Assembly: GCA_964016885.1 (NCBI GenBank)
Contig: OZ024743.1
Location: 322,338,001 to 322,402,000, forward strand
Length of the DNA: 64,000 bases
Reading direction: 5' to 3'
DNA from: Eledone cirrhosa
Lineage: Eukaryota
In this document: piece after piece, positions 59,201-64,000 of the stretch
How positions within the stretch are numbered: position 1 is the stretch's first letter
Layout: each line of letters starts with the position of its first letter
Translations under genes and position numbers: made by a program
The notes under the pieces: generated by a model
What the model was told of the DNA's origin: nothing
Database searches by the model: none
The model's input: the letters and a program-made list of their open reading frames with translations, nothing else

Positions 59201-62200
59201 TTTAACTTGGAGCTACAGTAAAACACACTTACCCACCTCGATCAGGGTCTTTCACTTGGAGCTAGAGTAAAACACACTTACCCAACTCGATATGGGTCCT
59301 TAACTTGGAGCTACAATAAAATGCACTTAACCACCTTGATCTGGGTCCATAACTTGGAGCTACAGTAAAAGACACTCACCCACCTCGATCTGGGTCCTTA
59401 ACTTGGAGCTAGAGTAAAACACTTACCCACAGCGATCTGGGTCCTTAAATTAGAGGTACAATAAAACACACTTACACACCTCGATCTGTGTCCTTAACAT
59501 GGAACTACAATAAAACACACTTACCCACCTCAATCTGGGTGCTTAACTTGGAACTACAGTAAAAGACACTTACCCACCTCGATCTGGGTCCTTAACTTGG
59601 AGCTACAGTAAAGGACACTTACCCACCTCGATCTGGGTCCTTAACTTGGAGCTAGAGTAAAACACTTACCCACCTCGATCTGGGTCCTTAACTTGGAGGT
59701 ACAATAAAACACACTTACCCACCTAATCTGGGTACTTCACACGGAGCTACAGTAAAACACACTTACCCACCTCGATCTGGGTCCTTAACTTGGAGCTAGA
59801 GTAAAACACACTTACCCACTTTGATCTGGGTCCTTAACTTGGAGCTACAGTAAAACACACTTACCCACCTCGATCTTGGTCTTTAACTTGGAGCTACAGT
59901 AAAACACACTTACCCACCTCGATCTCTGTCCTTAACTTGAAGCTACAGTAAAACACACTTACCCACATCCATCTGGGTCCTTAACTTGTAGCTACAGTAA
60001 AAGTCACATAACCACCTCGATCTGGGTCCTTAACTTGGAGCTACAGTAAAACATACTTACCCACCTCAATCTGGGTCCTTAACTCGGAGCTACTGTAAAA
60101 CATATTACCCACCTCGATCTGGGTCCTTAAGTTGGAGCTACAGTAAAAGTCACTACCGACCTCGATCTGGTTCCTTAACTTGGAGCTACAGTAAAACATA
60201 CTTACCCACCTCGATATGGGTCCTTAACTTGGAGCTACAGTAAATGACACGTACCCACATCGATCTGCGTCCTTAACTTAAAAGACACTTACCCACCTCT
60301 ATCTGGGTGCTTAACTTGGAGCTACCGTAAAAGACACTTACCCACATTGATCTGGGTCCTTGAATTGGAACTACAGTAAAAGACACTTAACCACCTTGAT
60401 CTAGGTCCTTAACTTGGAGCTACAGCAAAAGACACTTAACCACCTCGATCTGGGTCCTTAACTTAGAGCTACGATAAAACACACTTACCCACCTCGATCT
60501 GGGTCCTTAACTTGGAACTACAGTAAAACATATTACCCACCTCGATCTGGGTCCTTAACTTGGAGCTACAGTAAAACACACTTACTCACCTCGATCTGGG
60601 TCCTTAACTTGGAGCTAGAGTAAAACACTTACCCACCTCGATCTGGGTCCTTAACTTGGAGGTACAATAAAACACACTAACACACCTTGATCTGGGTTCT
60701 TAACATGGAGCTACAGTAAAACACACTTACCCACCTCGATCTGGGTCCTTAACTTGGAGCTAGAGTAAAACAGTTAGCCACCTCGATCTGTGTGCTTAAC
60801 TTGGAGCTACAATAAAACACACTTACCCACTTCGATCTGGGTCCTTAACTTGGAGCTAGAGTAAAACACACTTACCCACCTTGATCTGGGTCCTTAACAT
60901 GGAGCTACGGTAAAACACACTTACCCACCTCGATCTGGGTCCTTAACTTGGAGGTACAATAAAACACACTTACCCACCTCGATCTGGGTCCTTAACATGG
61001 AGCTACAGTAAAAGACACTACCCACCTCGATCTGGGTCCTTAACTTGGAGCTACAGTAAAAGACACCTACCCACCTCGATCTGGGTCCTTAACTTGGAGC
61101 TAGAGTAAAACACTTAGCCACCTCGATCTGTGTGCTTAAGTTGGAGCTACAATAAAACACATTTACCCACCTCAATCTGGTTCCTTAACTTGGAGCTACA
61201 GTAAAACATATTACCCACCTCGATCTGGGTCCTTAACTTGGAGCTACAGTAAATCATATTACCGACCTTGATCTGGGTGCTTAACTTGGAGCTACAGTAA
61301 AAGACACTTATCCACGTCGATCTGGGTCCTTAACTTGGAGCTACAGTAAAGGATACTTATCCACCTCGATCTGGGTCCTTAACTTGGAGCTAGAGTAAAA
61401 CACTTACCCACCTCGATCTGGGTCCTTAACTTGGAGGTACAATAAAACACACTTACCCACCTGATCTGGGTCCTTAACATGGAGCTACAGTAAAACACAC
61501 TTACCCACCTCGATCTGGGTCCTTAACTTGGAGCTAGAGTAAAACACACTTACCCACTTTGATCTGGGTCTTTCACTTGGAGCTAGAGTAAAACACACTT
61601 ACCCAACTAGATATGGGTCCTTAACTTGGAGCTAGAGTAAAACACTTACCCACTTCGATCTGTGTGCTTAATATGGAGCTACAGTAAAACACACTTACCC
61701 ACCTCTATCTGGGTCCATAACTTGGAGCTTCAGTGAAAGACACTTACCCGCCTCGATCTGGGTCCTTAACTTGGAGCTACAATAAAATACACTTACCCAT
61801 CTCGATCTGTGTCCTTAACTTGGAGCTTCAGTAAAAGACATTTACCCACCTCGATCTGGGTCCTTAACTTGTAGCTACAGTAAAAGTCACATAACCACCT
61901 CTATCTGGGTCCTTAACTTGGAGCTACAGTAAAACATACTTACCCACCTCAATCTGGGTCCTTAACTCGGAGCTACAGTAAAACATATTACCCACCTCGA
62001 TCTGGGTCCTTAACTTGGAGCTACAGTAAAAGACACTGGCCAACCTCGATCTGGGTCCTTAACTTTGAGCTACAGTAAAAGACACTTAACCACCTCGATC
62101 TGGGTCCTTAACTTGGAGCTACGATAAAACACACGTACCCACCTCGATCTGGGTCCTTAACTTGGAACTACAGTAAAACATATTACCCACCTCGATCTGG

Positions 62201-64000
62201 GTCCTTAACTTGGAGCTACAGTAAAACATACTTACTCACCTCGATATGGGTCCTTAACTTGGAGCTACAGTAAATGACACGTACCCACATCGATCTGCAT
62301 CCTTAACTTAAAAGACACTTACCCACTTCTATCTGGGTCCTTAACTTGGAGCTGCCGTAAAAGACACTTACCCACCTTGATCTGGGTCCTTAAATTGGAA
62401 CTACAGTAAAAGACACCTAACCACCTTGATCTAGGTCCTTAACTTGGAGCTACAGTAAAAGACAACTACCCACCTCGATCTTGGTCCTTAACTTGGAGCT
62501 ACAGTAAAACACTTACCCACCTCGATCTGGGTCCTTAACTTGGAGCTACAATAAAACACACTTACCCACCTCAATCTGGTTCTTTAACTTGGAGCTACAG
62601 TAAAACACACTTACCCAGCTTGATCTGGGTTCTTAAGTTTGAGCTACACTAAAAGACACTTAACCAGCTCGATCTGGGTCCTTAACTTGGAGCTACGATA
62701 AAACACACGTACCCACCTCGATCTGGGTCCTTAACTTGGAACTACAGTAAAACATATTACCCACCTCGATCTGGGTCCTTAACTTGGAGCTACAGTAAAA
62801 CACACTTACTCACCTCGATCTGGGTCCTTAACATGGAGCTATAGTAAAAGACACTTACCCACCTTGATCTGGGTCCTTAACTTGGAGCTACAGTAAAAGA
62901 CACTTACCCACCACGATCTGGGTCCATAACTTGGAGTTACAGTAAAACACCCTTACCCACATTGATCTGGGTCCTTAACTTGGAGGTACAATAAAACACA
63001 CTTACCCACCTTGATCTGGGTCCTTAACATGGAGCTACAGTAAAACACACTTAGCCACCTCGATCTGGGTCCTTAACTTGGAGGTACAATAAAACACACT
63101 TACCCACCTCGATCTGGGTCCTTAACATGGAGCTACAGTAAAACACACTTACCCACCTCGATCTGGGTCCTTAACTTGGAGCTAGAGTAAAACACACTTA
63201 ACAACCTTGATCTGGGTCCTTAACTTGGAGCTACAGTAAAAGACACTTACCCACCTCGATCTGGGTCCTTAACTTGGAGCTACAGTAAAAGACACTACCC
63301 ACCTCGATCAGGGTCTTTCACATGGAGCTAGAGTAAAACACACTTACCCAACTAGATATGGGTCCTTAACTTGGAGCTAGAATAAAACACTTACCCACTT
63401 CGATCTGTGTGCTTAACTTGGAGCTACAATAAAACACATTTACCCACCTCAATCTGGTTCCTTAACTTGGAGCTACAATAAAAGACACGTACCAACCCCG
63501 ATCTGGGTCCTTTACATGGTGCTACAGTAAAACACCCTTACCCACCATGATCTGGGTCCTTACCTTGGAACTACAGTAAAACATATTACCCACCTCGATC
63601 TGGGTCCTCAACTTGGAGCTACAGTAAAACATACTAACCCACCTCGATATGGGTCCTTAATTTGGAGCTACAGTAAAATACATTTACCCACCTTGATCTG
63701 GATCCTTAACTTGAGGCTACAGTAAAACACACTTACCCACCTCGATCTGGGTCCTTAACTTGGAGGTACAATAAAACACACTTACCCACCTCCATCTGGG
63801 TCCTTAACATGGAGCTACAGTAAAAGACACTACCCACCTCGATCTGTGTCCTTAACTTGGAGCTACACTAAAAGACACTTACCCACCTCGATTTGGGTCC
63901 TTAACTTGGAGCTAGAGTAAAACACTTACCCACCTCGATCTGTGTGCTTAACTTGGAGCTACAATAAAACACATTTACCCACCTCAATCTGGGTCCTTAA
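50225..64000. repeat. More diverged, fragmented sub-domain of the same higher-order family
   Basis: Same marker monomers as 28-50 kb but in shorter, shuffled blocks. The 38-bp monomer has the cgtaccca haplotype at 53654, 55543, 58653, 60250 and 62280. Local duplication of offset 1597 (agtcactaccgacc 58551/60148). Confidence 0.75.

Larger units (their letters stand above)
1..64000. repeat. Satellite DNA array, 49-bp monomer, ~1,300 head-to-tail copies, running off both window edges
   Basis: Consensus unit e.g. 2341-2389 (cacttacccacctcgatctgggtccttaacttggagctacagtaaaaga) repeats continuously. Most monomers differ by a few substitutions. Length variants of 48, 47, 51, 45 and 38 bp occur. No unique sequence or reverse-orientation block seen. 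Confidence 0.99.

Noticed and set aside
1-64000. CRISPR array or other repeat-spacer system
   Set aside because: There are no unique spacers. The variable parts are point variants of one consensus, and no cas or other genes are present.
1-64000. Variant monomers as an information-bearing code or diversity-generating cassette library
   Set aside because: Variant order is explained by descent through nested duplications. No reverse transcriptase, recombinase or expression locus is present, and I saw no adenine-specific mutagenesis pattern.
1-64000. Synthetic concatemer or rolling-circle/sequencing artefact
   Set aside because: Variants are inherited hierarchically in multi-kb blocks with regional subfamilies, which random error would not produce. 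Some isolated 1-bp deletions could still be consensus errors.
1-64000. Assignment to a named satellite family, tRNA/SINE origin or specific organism
   Set aside because: I do not recognise the monomer and see no convincing Pol III A/B boxes. A Dfam/Repbase/BLAST search is required.

Overview
The whole 64 kb window is one uninterrupted, head-to-tail, single-orientation tandem array of a 49-bp monomer. The + strand consensus is CACTTACCCACCTCGATCTGGGTCCTTAACTTGGAGCTACAGTAAAA(G/C)A, about 47% GC, giving roughly 1,300 copies by length division. It looks like eukaryotic satellite DNA; I cannot name the family or organism. I found no genes, transposon insertions, inversions or CRISPR spacers, and both supplied ORFs are repeat artefacts. 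Diagnostic variant monomers reveal nested higher-order structure: recent tandem duplications of about 1.84, 2.15, 2.87, 2.96 and 6.05 kb, regional subfamilies, and an older monomer order shared across the window. The most unusual feature is in the monomer itself. On the minus strand every consensus unit reads TTTTACTGTAG|29 nt|GTAAGT, i.e. an acceptor-like site, a microexon-sized segment and a U1-complementary 5' splice site. On the plus strand every consensus unit carries a poly(A)-signal-type hexamer (AGTAAA, often AATAAA). Any function is inference. All coordinates and offsets were counted by eye, and block boundaries are uncertain by about one monomer.
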